A stretch of 64,000 bases of DNA, taken from contig NW_003314285.1 of the NCBI RefSeq assembly GCF_000143415.4, forward strand, positions 1,871,471-1,935,470. Reading direction: 5' to 3'. The notes under the pieces were generated by a model. The model made no database searches and had not been told where the DNA came from. It worked only from the letters and a program-made list of their open reading frames with translations. Source of the DNA: Selaginella moellendorffii (taxonomy: Eukaryota > Plantae > Lycopodiophyta). Below are positions 1-10,979 of the stretch, in pieces (positions within the stretch are counted from its first letter, which is position 1; every line of letters starts with the position of its first letter). A program made the position numbers and the translations under genes.

Positions 1-1639
1 GTGACAAATGTTACCGATTTTGTGGAGGCCCGTAAGCAGCAGCAGCAGGAGGAGTTTTACTTCTTCGTGGATGGCGGCGAGAAGCTGGACCCTTTGGACT
101 TCTTTCAGGGACCGGCTTACGATTCCGGGCGGAAGAGTAGCGTTTCTGAGAATTTGGACCGGCTGTTGCGAACTGGGGAGAGGGTATGGTGGTGTACCGG
201 CCCGAAATCCCGCATTGTGCATGATTATCCGTACTCTATTACTCTACGTCTTGAGCTGTTTGCGTATGTAGACAGGGGCTTCAGCTTGGTAAGCTTTGGT
301 ACTAATACTATTGTCCATCTAACTGATAACGTCCTATGACCAGCCTGAGTTCAACACGTACGCATCCAGGTGTGTGCTTGGAAAGCTTGAGAGTCGATTG
401 CAAAGCATCGAATACCACACCGGGCTCGTGCCCCTTTTTCTGGAGGCACTATGCGAGTGCTGTGGCCAAGTCACGCGGGATTGGCTGGACTCGGAGACCA
501 CAAGTTGTGCCAGCCTCCGGCAAAGTGTCGGCTTATCAGCACTCTTGGAACCAAGTGAAGAACAGATGGTGGAGCTGCTTAGCGAGGATGACTACTGGGA
601 CAAAGTTCTCCTGAGGTTTGCCCAGCACCGTGAGATTTCAAGAGTTCGCAAGAAGGCGGAAGCTATTCGGCTTGAAGGCGAATGCCCTGATGCCGCTGCC
701 ATGGCATGTCTCGACGCAACTTACGTGCTGGATCCTGTTAGGGGAGTCTACTGCTCCAGCTTTATCGAGAGAATTTACACGAGGGTGGTGCGTGCCAAGG
801 AAGAGAAAATCAAGCCTTATCAGGATGGAGCTTGGATGGAGTATGCTAGACGGCTCTCGGATCGTGAAGACGTGGAGGTGAATTGGTCATTTCTTGGCTG
901 GTTGTGCGAGGACGTTCTGGCAAATGTAATTCAAAAGAAGGGGCTCGTGCTCGGTGAGCTGAAGATCTCGGGCCACATCACTGTGGTGGACTTCAACATT
1001 ATTCCTTCCTGCAGTATCGAGACCATGTTGAAGATCAGCCCCAACAATGGTTATTTCTACAAGCCATTGGACGTGCGTTTTCCTTTCGTTGATGCGGTGC
1101 TGGCCTGGGTGGACGAGAACTCCCGTCTCCACATTGTGGCTCTCCAGTACACTGTCAATATCGACGAACACATCAAGTCATGTTGGCAGTTTATGAGCTT
1201 GGATTATCTGCGAACCTGGTTTCCGGACATTGACAAGTTTATGACCGCGGACAACGTTAAGCTCCACTATGTGTTCGTGGGATGTTCCTCCAAGCCCGAG
1301 TACAGTGGAGGGATGCAGGAGCCGTGGTCGAGGAGCACGTACGAAACACCTGCATTCCAGCTGCACATTCAGCCGTTTGATGATAGATCTTTGCCAGGCT
1401 TGAACGCCAAAGACTACAAGCTACTTCATGAGATTGCGAGTAACCGGGTCTGGAAAACTAGTTATGTGGATGCCTGTGACGACGGGTTTGGACTTCTGGC
1501 GTTTGAGAGAGTTGAGCTAGAGAAAATGGCCAAGGAGAAGTTTGGAATGAGAGAGACGGGGAGAAAAGCATTCAGGAACAAGGCGCTTTTGATAAATAAG
1601 ATTGTGGAAATGGCTAAAGGTAAGGAAACGAAGCACTGA
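1..1639 (+). CDS. Crinkler/RHS (CR)-like protein, 5'-truncated by the window: C-terminal part of a P-loop NTPase, PD-(D/E)XK-like nuclease domain, short helical tail
   Basis: A GT-AG intron at 289..343 joins ORF 1..339 in frame to ORF 374..1639 (RGFSL|PEFNTYASRC). Motifs: Walker-B-like FYFFVDG, GxP-like YHTGLVPLFL, REase-like YKPLDVRFPFVDAV...ALQYTVNIDEH. Confidence 0.6.
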
Positions 1640-2039
1640 GCGTTTGTTCATGAATCAAGAGTAATAAAACATACTAATGATTGTCCACGATCACCCTCCG
1701 ATCATGCTCAGGACACTTGATCCAGCAAAATATTCTTTGAGAATAATTTCCATGAGCTTTTTATTTATGTCCCGTCATCACAATCCCACATCACATGGTA
1801 GTCTGAGCGGTGAGCGTGCATGCAAGCGGCATGGGCAGTCGCAGGCTGCAAGCACCGGTGGTGGTGAGCGGCAAGCTACAAGCAGCTGCGAACGACAAGT
1901 GGCAACGAGCTGCGAGCTGCAAGGGTTTAGAAGGAGCTCGAACATGGGAGGATTGACCTTTGTGCACTGCTGTCTGTGTATGTGTGGGGGGAGGAGTTTA
2001 TTCCTGGCAGAAACAACCACATGCCTCCATCAATCATTT

Positions 2040-2183
2040 GCTGCCTTCAGTTTTCCCGGGCAACTCACTTCCACTTCTCTCATGCCACTCACCTCTAGAG
2101 GCTTGCAGCAGTACTGCTTGCTCACGGTCCCAGAGCTAACGCAGCAGATGTGGGACGCCAAGAATATGATGTGCACTGCGGAC
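2040..2183 (+). pseudogene. beta-tubulin gene fragment with internal deletion
   Basis: Translates FPGQLT...[33 protein letters not shown], matching beta-tubulin FPGQLN...[33 protein letters not shown]. No start codon and no flanking tubulin sequence. Confidence 0.88.
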
Positions 2184-2189
2184 CTATAT

Positions 2190-3250
2190 GTATCTATCAT
2201 AGGCAATCCGAACTTGGTGTATTTATATGTTCAAAATTATAATGCACACAATCAAGTTTCAATTGCTATTATAGCAATCAAAATATAATGCAGTTGAAAA
2301 CAATTTTCTTTTTTTGCAAATGTGTAAATAAATGTGTAATCACATATTTGTTGCCACAATTTAGAGTAATGTAAATTGTAATATACAAAATGTTTTAAAC
2401 CTGAAAAAAGCTCATTTAACATTTGCATAATTCATACATTTCCTTAGTCGGGCACGTAAGTAATTTAATATGGCAAGTAGCACCTACTATAAATACTTCT
2501 TCAACTTTCAGATAACTTATTAAGTGGTTTACTTCCAATGTGCTCCCATCTTTGCCACTGGCATATTTGCTCAAGCTGTAGTCCAAGCTCTCTTTATGGT
2601 AAACCCTATAGGAACCACTACCACCTTTGGAATTCTGATCACTTGAACTATAGTCCAAGCTCTCTGATTATAGTGGTGATGGTGATCATGCTGGCAACTG
2701 TCATGCTTTCAGTGGTGTCTCGCTGACAAAAATCTTACTCAGTTGCCGAGGAAAAATCTTCCAATGGTCACAATACATGCCTTCAGTGCTCCTTGAGCTG
2801 TACTAAAATCTCCCTAGGATACAAGTACTTGTTCAAGTGACTGTGGTTAACCACCTAGAGCTTGCTGTGCTCCTGGCCACCATCAAGCTCCTCTTCAACC
2901 CCTCCTAGTACAATGCCACTGCACTAGTGCCCAATCGTGTGCTCAAAATCCACACTCAATGTATACTTGGTGACATCACTTTGTCTAGGATGACATGCAT
3001 TCTTGCGTGTCATGCCCCAGTCCCATGCAAAAAAATATTATGCACACAATCATGTATAGATTATTATTATAGCAATAGAAATGTGATTGCTTGCATAATA
3101 TTTTTGTATACAATTAAAAACAAAAAAGTATATCTGCACATGCTTAAATAGAAAACTACTTTGAGATACAAAAGATAAGCAGTTTATGAATATGTGATTG
3201 TGCATCGACTGTCTATATAAGAAAAATTAAAGAAACTAAGCTTCATATAA
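2190..3250. mobile_element. degenerate AT-rich non-autonomous DNA-transposon-like segment
   Basis: AT-rich ends share the motif atgcacacaatca...tatagcaat (about 2240 and 3040). Imperfect hairpin at 3030-3105. A related inverted copy lies near 57090-57250. Confidence 0.4.
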
Positions 3251-3961
3251 GACAAACTAAAGAGTATTCCAGCTTTTAGATTTTTGTAAATTTTTGTAAC
3301 GTGATCTGGAGCTTTTCATTTGCGTGGAGGATTGCCTTGCTTGTGCTGGGCATAAAGTTTCTCTTTGAGCCACTTGCAGCAACATCGCTCTTGTTGGTTC
3401 AAATCTGGAGGTTACCTGTGCCATTGTTGCTACCTTCAAGAGCAAGGCATAATACATTTGTGTTGCATGGTCATTACCATGCCGCAACAGATAACAATTA
3501 ACAAAAATACATCCTCTTACACCTTTGAAGAAATGCAACTCCTTGACCCTATCACCATACATCCTGTGTGCGGAAGGATTGTTCTTGTACATGGAAGTAA
3601 GTTGCATCCTTCTTTCCCATCTCCTCAATGCTGTGGCAACTTGTGCTGAGCTTGATCTTCCTAATATTATCTTCCACGCTCTTGATCATAAGTTAAGGTT
3701 CCTCCGGCTCCTCAAGTAGACCTGGTCACCATTGCCAGTTTTCTTCCTCTTGATATCATTTGTTGCACCAAATTCTCCAGGTTGCTGACAGCTGCTACGA
3801 AGAGCTCTAAATTGTGGGAGGATTCTACTTTGAAACCGGAGAGACAAAAGTATGAGTCCTCTAGAATCACAGTCACAAGTGATGAAGAGCTTTTCACAAA
3901 CACCACGGTTCCATCTACAAACTATATGTCTTCCCCGCGCTTTCAAGATTTAAATTGTTCT

Positions 3962-6760
3962 CTACAGTGTGTTGCCCATGAGCACGTATGCGGCGGATTC
4001 TTTGCAATCCAGCCGCTGGAGCGCTTCGAAAGCGATCCTTCCCACTCGCGAGTTCTTCCACTTGTGGCAAGCGCTCAAGATCATCGTCCAGGTGACGCAG
4101 TTCGCAGCGTGAGGCATCCTGTCTGCCATAGCCAGTGCTTCCTCGATCCTGTTCGCTCGCCCCAGAGCATCGATCAAGCAGTGGTAGTGCTCCAGCCCCG
4201 GTTTGATCCCGTTCTTGCTCCACATCTCGTCGAAGAGCCGCTGTGCCTCGTTGATCAAACCGGCGTGGCTGCAAGCCGTGAGAAGGCAGAGGTAAGTGAT
4301 CCCGACTGGCTTCACTCCTCGCTCTCGCATTTGCGAGAACACGTCCAGCATCGTGCCTGTTGCATTGTCTCCGCCACCTTGCCTGCCATAGCCGGCGAGC
4401 AGCGAGTTCCAAGCCACCACGTCTTTGGGAGCTTTGATGGAGTCGAAAACCTCGCGAGCTTCACTCATGCTCCCGCATCGGCTGTAGAAATCCACCAGGC
4501 TGGTTGCGAGGATCCCATCGCTCTCGTCCAGGCCGAGCTCGCGGATGACTTCGTGGAGAGCTCGTCCCGTTTCTAAGGCCCCGACGCTTGCGCAGGCCTT
4601 GAGAGCTGCGACGTAAGTCCTGGAGTCGGGATTACACTGAGCCTGTGACTTCATCTCCTCGAAGAGCTCGAGAGCTAGCTTGCCTTGGTCTCTCTCGGCC
4701 AGGCCGAGCATCAAGACGTTCCACGATACCACGTCTCGCTGCTTCATCGAGTAGAAGATCCTGCGAGCCTCTTCCAAGTCGCCGCACTTTGCGAAGACGT
4801 CGATCAGAGTGTTGGCCACGAACAAGTCCGGAAAGAATCCACCTTTCACAGCCCGATCGAAAAGACCTCTGGCCTTTCCAAGTGACTCCGCCTTGACAAG
4901 CTTGCCACTGATTTCTTTGCCCTGTTCCCTGGATGCGAGGATGGTGCACGCCTTGAGAGCAGCCACATAAGTTCGCCCATCTGGTTCGCAGCTCATTCTT
5001 TCGAACAGCGCCAGAGCTTCTTCGGCCTCACCACTGTCGACGTATCCCAGCATCAGTGCGTTGTAAGATGCCGGAGCTCGGATTTTCATGCGCTTGAAAA
5101 CACTGCGGCCAGCTTCAAGAGCACCACACTTCGCGTACATGTCGATCAGAGTGTTGCTCACGAAAAGGTCCGAGGCAAAGCCGGACTTTGCTGCTTCGAC
5201 GTGAAGAGCCGTCCCTCTTTCCAGTGAAACAATCTTCACCAGCTTTCCTGCGACTACCTGCGCATCTTCTTTTGCTGCCAAGTTCGCACAGGCCTTAAAT
5301 GCTGCCACAAACGTTCGAGCATTCGGAGAACACCTTCCAGGATCTTGCAGCATTCTTGAGATCAGCTCCAGTGCCTCCTCCTCTTCACCATTGTCACAGT
5401 AGCCTGAGAGCAGTGCGGTCCACGAAATCACGTCGTGAGTCCGCATCCTGTCAAAAACTCCACGCGAAAGTGCCATGCTCCCGCACTTCGCGTACACATC
5501 GACCAGCATGTTGCTCACGAAGATGTCCGCTTCGAGCTGTTTCTCCACTGCCCGAGAATGTAAGGCCAATCCTTCTTCCAGAGCTTTAGATTTCACAAGC
5601 TTCCCATCAAACTTTCTAGATTGTTCTGTCGCTGCAAGATCAGTGCAGGCCTTGAGAGCTGCTACGAAAGTCCGAGCGTTCGGCTCGACATCTGATTCTA
5701 TCAGCTCCACGAACAGCTTCAACCCGAGCTCACCACTTCCATTTTCTGCGTATCCAAGAATCATTGCGTTCCACAGAGCAACGTCCTTGTCGGAGAAACC
5801 GTCGAAGACTGCCCGAGCAGATGATAGACTTCCGCACTTCGAATACATGTCCACTAAGCCACTGGCCACAAATCTGTCCGAGTCACACCTGTTCTTCAAA
5901 GCCAAGCTGTGAACAGCCATTCCTTTCTCCAGAGTCTGAATCTTCACAAGCTCTCGAAAAACTTCCCTTGATCTTTCTGCCGCAGCCAGGCTGGAGCAAG
6001 CTTTCAGTGCAGAAACAATCGTCCAGGAGTCCGGTGACAAATGGTCTTCTGCTTGCATTTTCTCAAAGAGTTCCAGTGCTGTTTCTCCGTCACCATTTTC
6101 AGCATAGCCAAGTATCACAGTGTTCCAGGACACTGCATCCCGCTTCTGCATACCGTCAAACACCTTCCGGGCATCCTCCATGCGTCCACACTTCGAGTAC
6201 ATGCCGACCAACGAGCTTGCCACGAAGATGTTGGAGTCCTTCCCATTTTCCACAGCAACCGCATGAAGTTTCATGCCCCGAGCCCAGTTTCTCGAGCCAG
6301 TGCAGGCTTTCAATGCGGCTACTAGGCTGGAGACGCTCTCGCGATGTTGATTTGAGCGACTTTTACTCTGCCTGGTACCGTCACTGTCAGTGCTCTGAGT
6401 TTTCTTCTCAAAGATAGGCTCCTCACCATCTCTGTACTGTGCTCGGGCTTTGAAATTTGAAACCTTCAAGCACTTGAGGCCGAGCTTTGCCCATTTTGGA
6501 CAAAACGAGGAAGCAATCCTGAGCGTGGCACCTGATTGTGCGTGCTTGAAATCGTGCTGCGAACCATGTAGCTGCAGTAAAGACCCATCCCATGAAAACT
6601 AAGAAAACAATACAGAAGCACTTACGTTGTGGTTCCTGTTGTCCCACCATTGAGATGGGTCTTCAAACAATTGACGCCATTGAAGCTCTTCTTGAGCCTT
6701 GCTCACTTGAGAGTCCTGGATTGTGGCAGATAGGAACGTTGTCGCAGCCATGACATCCAT
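3962..6760 (-). CDS. PLS-class PPR protein (partial E, no DYW) with N-terminal OSB-type PDF motif
   Basis: ORF 3962..6469 has P-L-S repeats (MYSKCG, VSWN, TFVAALKAC) and ends AAYVLMGNTL. Intron 6572..6625 joins an upstream exon in frame: WRQLFEDPSQWWDNRNHN|LHGSQHDFKHAQSG. Nearest ATG at 6760. Confidence 0.85.
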
Positions 6761-6856
6761 CCCCACTGAAATGAAAGCAGGAGTTGGAAAACAAAGAAAA
6801 CTCACAATGTTACAAAAATCAAACTCACCAGTTTTGGATTCGAGAGCTCCTGTTCG

Positions 6857-8962
6857 TCAAGTGGTCAAGTACAAGTCCACCACCTCCGCCTTCCTTGGCT
6901 TGTTCAACAGCTTCAGCTTCCTGTGAAGAAGGCCGAGCGTTTTGTCATCCGGCACCCAGCGTCGCTCGACAAGTTTCGTGAAGAGCAGATATGCTTCTTC
7001 GGCCATGTTCTCGTGGACAAGCCCCGTGATCAAAGCACTGTAGGTGACAACATCCGGCACACATCCACCTTTCACTGCCTCCTCAAACAGTTCTAGAGCG
7101 GCCGCAGATTTTCCGCATTTGCACATAGCATCGACTAGTGTCCCATACGTGACGAAGTCCGGAATAAATCCCTCGTCCACCATCGTCAGAAGCATCGTCT
7201 CCGCATCTGAGAGCCTGTCGTCCACACACAGTCCATGAACCAAAATATTCCAGGTGACGACGTTGCAGCAGTTCTTCTCTAGCATCTGCTTGTGAATCTG
7301 GAGAGCTTTATCAATCTGCCTGCGCTTGCAGTGACTGTCGAGCATAACGTTGTAGAAGAACACGTCCGGCTCGCAGATCTTCTCGTCCAAAACTTTGCTA
7401 AACAGCGCACAAGCTTCGTCGAATCGACCACCTTTGCAAAGCCCGTCCAGCAGCACCGTGTAAAGAAGAATGTCCACAATCTGATATTTCTCGCGAGCTT
7501 GTTCCACCAGAGTTATAGCCTCGTCAAGCTCCTTTTTCTTGCAAAGCTCCTCCACCAACATGCTGTAGCTCGAGGCGTTAGGCGTACAGCCCCTCTCCAC
7601 CATCCTGTCAAACACGGCCTTGGCCTTCTTCACTCGCTCCGCCTTGCAAAGCCCGTCAATGCAAGCGTTGTAGGAAACCACGTCTGGAGTAAATCCCCGC
7701 CTCTCCATCTCGACTAGCATGTCCTCAGCCTTGCCAATATGTCCCAGCCTGTGGAGAGCCCCGAGCAGCGAGTTGTAAGCTACCATGTTTGGCCGGCACC
7801 CGAGCTTCAGCATCGAGTCTAGAAGACCCATGGCTCGTTCCACCTCGCCACCTTTGCAAAACCCGTCTATCAACGAGGAGTACGTGACAACGTCGGGAGT
7901 GCAGCCACGGTTGCTCATGTGATCCAGCATCCTGCTCGCTGAATCCAAATCCCCGGACTTGCAAAGCCCGTTAATCACCGTGGTGTAGCTCACGACGTCG
8001 GGAGTCACAGGCATCCTCGCCAGAAACTTTCGTGCTTCGTCCACTCGGTCGCACTTGCAAAGTCCCTTGATGAACGAGTTGTAAGTCACAACGTCTGGAA
8101 AGTATCCTCGCACAGCCATTTCCTCGAGCATCTTCTTGGCCTCGTCCAGCTTCCTCTCCTCGCAAAGCCCCTCCACGATCACGTTGTAAGTATAGATGTT
8201 TGGAGAGCATCCCTTGTCACGCATCTCATCCAGTAACTTCACCGCGTCCCTGGTCCGCTCGGCCTTGCAAAGCCCATCCACGATGTTCGTGTACGTGACC
8301 ACCGTTGGAAGGCAATGGTTCTTCACCATCTCGGCCAGGAACTTGAATGCTTGGCCGAAATCCTTGGCCTTGGAGTAGCCGGAGATGAGAGCATTGTAGA
8401 TGGCATCGTCTGGAACGCACCCCATCTCCTTCATTCTTCCCAGGAGCTTGCGAGCTTTCTCGAGCTGGTTGGATCGGCAAAGTCCCCGCAAGAGAATCGC
8501 AAAGGTGAAGGCATCGGGCTGGCAGGACTTGTCGATCATCTCCTGGAACACGGCGCTGGCTTTGTCGTGGCGATGCTCTCTCGTCAGCTGGAGGAGGAGC
8601 TTGTTGTACGTGAAGACGTTGTGCTCGTAGCCCATTCGCTTGGGCGCCCACTCGAAGAACCGGAGAGCCGCCTCGGAGCTCGGGAGATGCTTGAGAACAT
8701 CCGCCACGACGTAGGTCGTGAGCAAGCCACTCCACTGCCTCATGATCTCGTCCATGCTCTCGCCGCGCTTGGCATTCTTGAGGAGATCGAGGATGATCCT
8801 GGAATTGATGGAATACCTGGCCATTTTCTCGTCCTGATGCTGCTGCTGCTGCTGTTGGAGCGATGGCGCTGGCGCTGGTAATGGCGCAAGATCCATCGCG
8901 GGGGAAGAAGAATACGCTCGCGATCGAAGGACATTGGAGAGGCGCGTGTGGAGCCGCCTCAT
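6857..8962 (-). CDS. P-class PPR protein, probably mitochondrion-targeted
   Basis: Intronless 701 aa with tandem 35-aa repeats (PDVVTYxxLIxGLCK). Arg/Ser-rich N-terminus MRRLHTRLSNVLRSRAYSSS. Confidence 0.93.
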   Translation of the reverse strand: MRRLHTRLSNVLRSRAYSSSPAMDLAPLPAPAPSLQQQQQQHQDEKMARYSINSRIILDLLKNAKRGESMDEIMRQWSGLLTTYVVADVLKHLPSSEAALRFFEWAPKRMGYEHNVFTYNKLLLQLTREHRHDKASAVFQEMIDKSCQPDAFTFAILLRGLCRSNQLEKARKLLGRMKEMGCVPDDAIYNALISGYSKAKDFGQAFKFLAEMVKNHCLPTVVTYTNIVDGLCKAERTRDAVKLLDEMRDKGCSPNIYTYNVIVEGLCEERKLDEAKKMLEEMAVRGYFPDVVTYNSFIKGLCKCDRVDEARKFLARMPVTPDVVSYTTVINGLCKSGDLDSASRMLDHMSNRGCTPDVVTYSSLIDGFCKGGEVERAMGLLDSMLKLGCRPNMVAYNSLLGALHRLGHIGKAEDMLVEMERRGFTPDVVSYNACIDGLCKAERVKKAKAVFDRMVERGCTPNASSYSMLVEELCKKKELDEAITLVEQAREKYQIVDILLYTVLLDGLCKGGRFDEACALFSKVLDEKICEPDVFFYNVMLDSHCKRRQIDKALQIHKQMLEKNCCNVVTWNILVHGLCVDDRLSDAETMLLTMVDEGFIPDFVTYGTLVDAMCKCGKSAAALELFEEAVKGGCVPDVVTYSALITGLVHENMAEEAYLLFTKLVERRWVPDDKTLGLLHRKLKLLNKPRKAEVVDLYLTT

Positions 8963-9014
8963 CCCTCAAGAACCCTAGAAATTTTTCGAGGGAAATGCCG
9001 GCGAGAGGTAGGCT
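8963..9014. promoter_or_regulatory. 52-nt divergent intergenic region between two PPR genes with telo-box-like AACCCTAG
   Basis: Start codons at 8962(-) and 9015(+). aaccctagaaa at about 8971. Confidence 0.5.
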
Positions 9015-10979
9015 ATGGCGGATTCTTGTTCTAGCACTCCAGCAATCCCATCGCTAGATCTTTCCCCATCCGAGCAAGAAACCGCGGCCATCGTCGCGGC
9101 ACTGAAATCCTGCGGCCGCTCTAGGGATCTCCATCGCGGCAGGGCAATCCACGCTCGCTTGCTGCAGCAGCGCGATCGTCAGAGCTCCAAGGCAGCGCTC
9201 ATCCTCGCGAACAGCCTCATCGACATGTACGCCAGGAGTGGAAGCATGGCCGACGCTCGCGACGTGTTTGAAGCGATCAAGATCCACAGCATCGTTTCTT
9301 GGAACACCATCATCGGCGGCTACGCGAGCAATGGCCAGGGCGAGATCGCTCTGGAGATGTTCTCAGCGATGCCGTCGATGAATGCCAGGAGCTGCGTCGC
9401 CGTGCTGGAAGCGATCAAAGATCTCACCGCGAGGGAAGCTGGGATGAAAATCGAGATCCAAGGCTTTGCACTAGTCATCAAGATCGTTTCCCTTGAGAGA
9501 ACCATGGCTCTCCACTCCAGGATCGTGGATGCGGGGCTTGAATCCAACGTCTTCATCGCCAACAGCCTGATAGATTGCTACTCGAGATGTGGAAGCATGC
9601 CCGATTCCCAGCGCCTGTTTCATCGGCTCCTCCTCCACAATCTAGCTGACTTGGTGTCGTGGAATTCGATCATCCTCGGCTACGTCCACAACGACCAGCC
9701 CAGATTTGCCCTCGAGCTCTTCGATCGAATGATCAAACGAGAGAGCTCCATCTCTCCAAGCGCACGGACCTTCGTCGCGGTTATCAATGCGTGCTCCAGC
9801 CTTGTGACGAAGAACAGCGCCGATCGAGAGCTTAGATGCTGGTGTCTAGCGAGAGCAGTGCGAATCACCACCACTCCAGAAGTTGACAACGACGAATTCC
9901 TCCAGAACAGCCTGCTCGATCTCTACGTGAAATCTGGGGAGCTGGAGAGAGCCCGGGCGATCTTCCAGAGGATGAAGCGCCACACTCTCGTCTCCTGGAA
10001 CGTGATGATCTTGGGCGTCGCGGAAGCTGGAGCATCTCCCAAGCTTGCGATCGAGCTCTTGGATCAAATGAGAGCTCGAGGATTCACTCCAGACGCTGGA
10101 ACTTTCATTGCTGCGATCAAGGCTTGTAGTAACAATGGATTCCTCGAGCCAGGAAAGAGCGTCGTCCATTCTCTGGTATGCCGCGCTGGCGTGGAGGCTG
10201 AGTCAGCAGTGGCCTGCTCTCTGATTGGCCACTACGGCCGATGTGGCAGCCCGCTGGCAGCTGAGCTGGCGTTTCACGCTTTCTCCAGCCCAGACATGGC
10301 CGCCTGGAGTGCTCTCATCGCCGCGCACAGCCATTGCGTCGACAGCGAAGAACACGCCTTTCGATTCTTCCGCCAGATGCTCCAGGAATCGATCCGCCCC
10401 GACGAGATCACGCTGCTATCGCTCCTCTCGGCGTGTAGTCGATTGGGGCTCGTCGATCGAGCCAAGAATCTCTTCCGGGAGATGAGCGTCAAGCACGGGA
10501 TCGCGCCGAGGATAGAGCACTACACTTGCCTGGTCGATCTCCTCAGCCGTGCCAATCAGATTGAGGAAGCCATAGCTGTGATCGAAAGAATGCCTGGAAA
10601 TCTCACGCCGAGCCTCGCGATCTGGATGGCGGTGCTCAGCGCCTGTCACAACAGGAAGAATGTAGCGATCGGGAGGCGCGCGTTTGATGCGATCCGGGAG
10701 CTGAGCCTTGGGAGCGAGGAGGATGGAACCCTTGCTGCCGCCTACACGCTAATGGCCAGCATCCATTCAAATCGCGGCATTCCCCCCACTGAAATTAGGG
10801 TTCTTCCTCGTAGACGTGCGATAGCAGCGCGTAATTCGCAGGATGTCTGGCTTGCGCCTCGAATTTCCAGACGCTCCGTGCGGATTCACTGGCTCTGGAG
10901 CGGTCGCCGTGGATCCGGCTTCCTCCCAGTAGCGTCGTCCAAGCCACGGGATCCGGTTCGTAAGGCATTTCATCGATGA
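9015..10979 (+). CDS. PLS-class PPR protein (partial E, no DYW)
   Basis: P-L-S repeats, HYTCLVDLLSRA and AAYTLMASIH. The C-terminal tail overlaps the antisense PPR. Confidence 0.88.
   Translation: MADSCSSTPAIPSLDLSPSEQETAAIVAALKSCGRSRDLHRGRAIHARLLQQRDRQSSKAALILANSLIDMYARSGSMADARDVFEAIKIHSIVSWNTIIGGYASNGQGEIALEMFSAMPSMNARSCVAVLEAIKDLTAREAGMKIEIQGFALVIKIVSLERTMALHSRIVDAGLESNVFIANSLIDCYSRCGSMPDSQRLFHRLLLHNLADLVSWNSIILGYVHNDQPRFALELFDRMIKRESSISPSARTFVAVINACSSLVTKNSADRELRCWCLARAVRITTTPEVDNDEFLQNSLLDLYVKSGELERARAIFQRMKRHTLVSWNVMILGVAEAGASPKLAIELLDQMRARGFTPDAGTFIAAIKACSNNGFLEPGKSVVHSLVCRAGVEAESAVACSLIGHYGRCGSPLAAELAFHAFSSPDMAAWSALIAAHSHCVDSEEHAFRFFRQMLQESIRPDEITLLSLLSACSRLGLVDRAKNLFREMSVKHGIAPRIEHYTCLVDLLSRANQIEEAIAVIERMPGNLTPSLAIWMAVLSACHNRKNVAIGRRAFDAIRELSLGSEEDGTLAAAYTLMASIHSNRGIPPTEIRVLPRRRAIAARNSQDVWLAPRISRRSVRIHWLWSGRRGSGFLPVASSKPRDPVRKAFHR

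Noticed and set aside
1677-2288. 203-aa ORF as a real tubulin or novel gene
   Set aside because: Chimeric read-through of repeats and a short tubulin fragment. No coherent protein.
3257-3946. Minus-strand ORFs as E+/DYW exons of the PPR ending at 3962
   Set aside because: No PG box, HxE or CxxC/DYW motifs, and the frames are interrupted.
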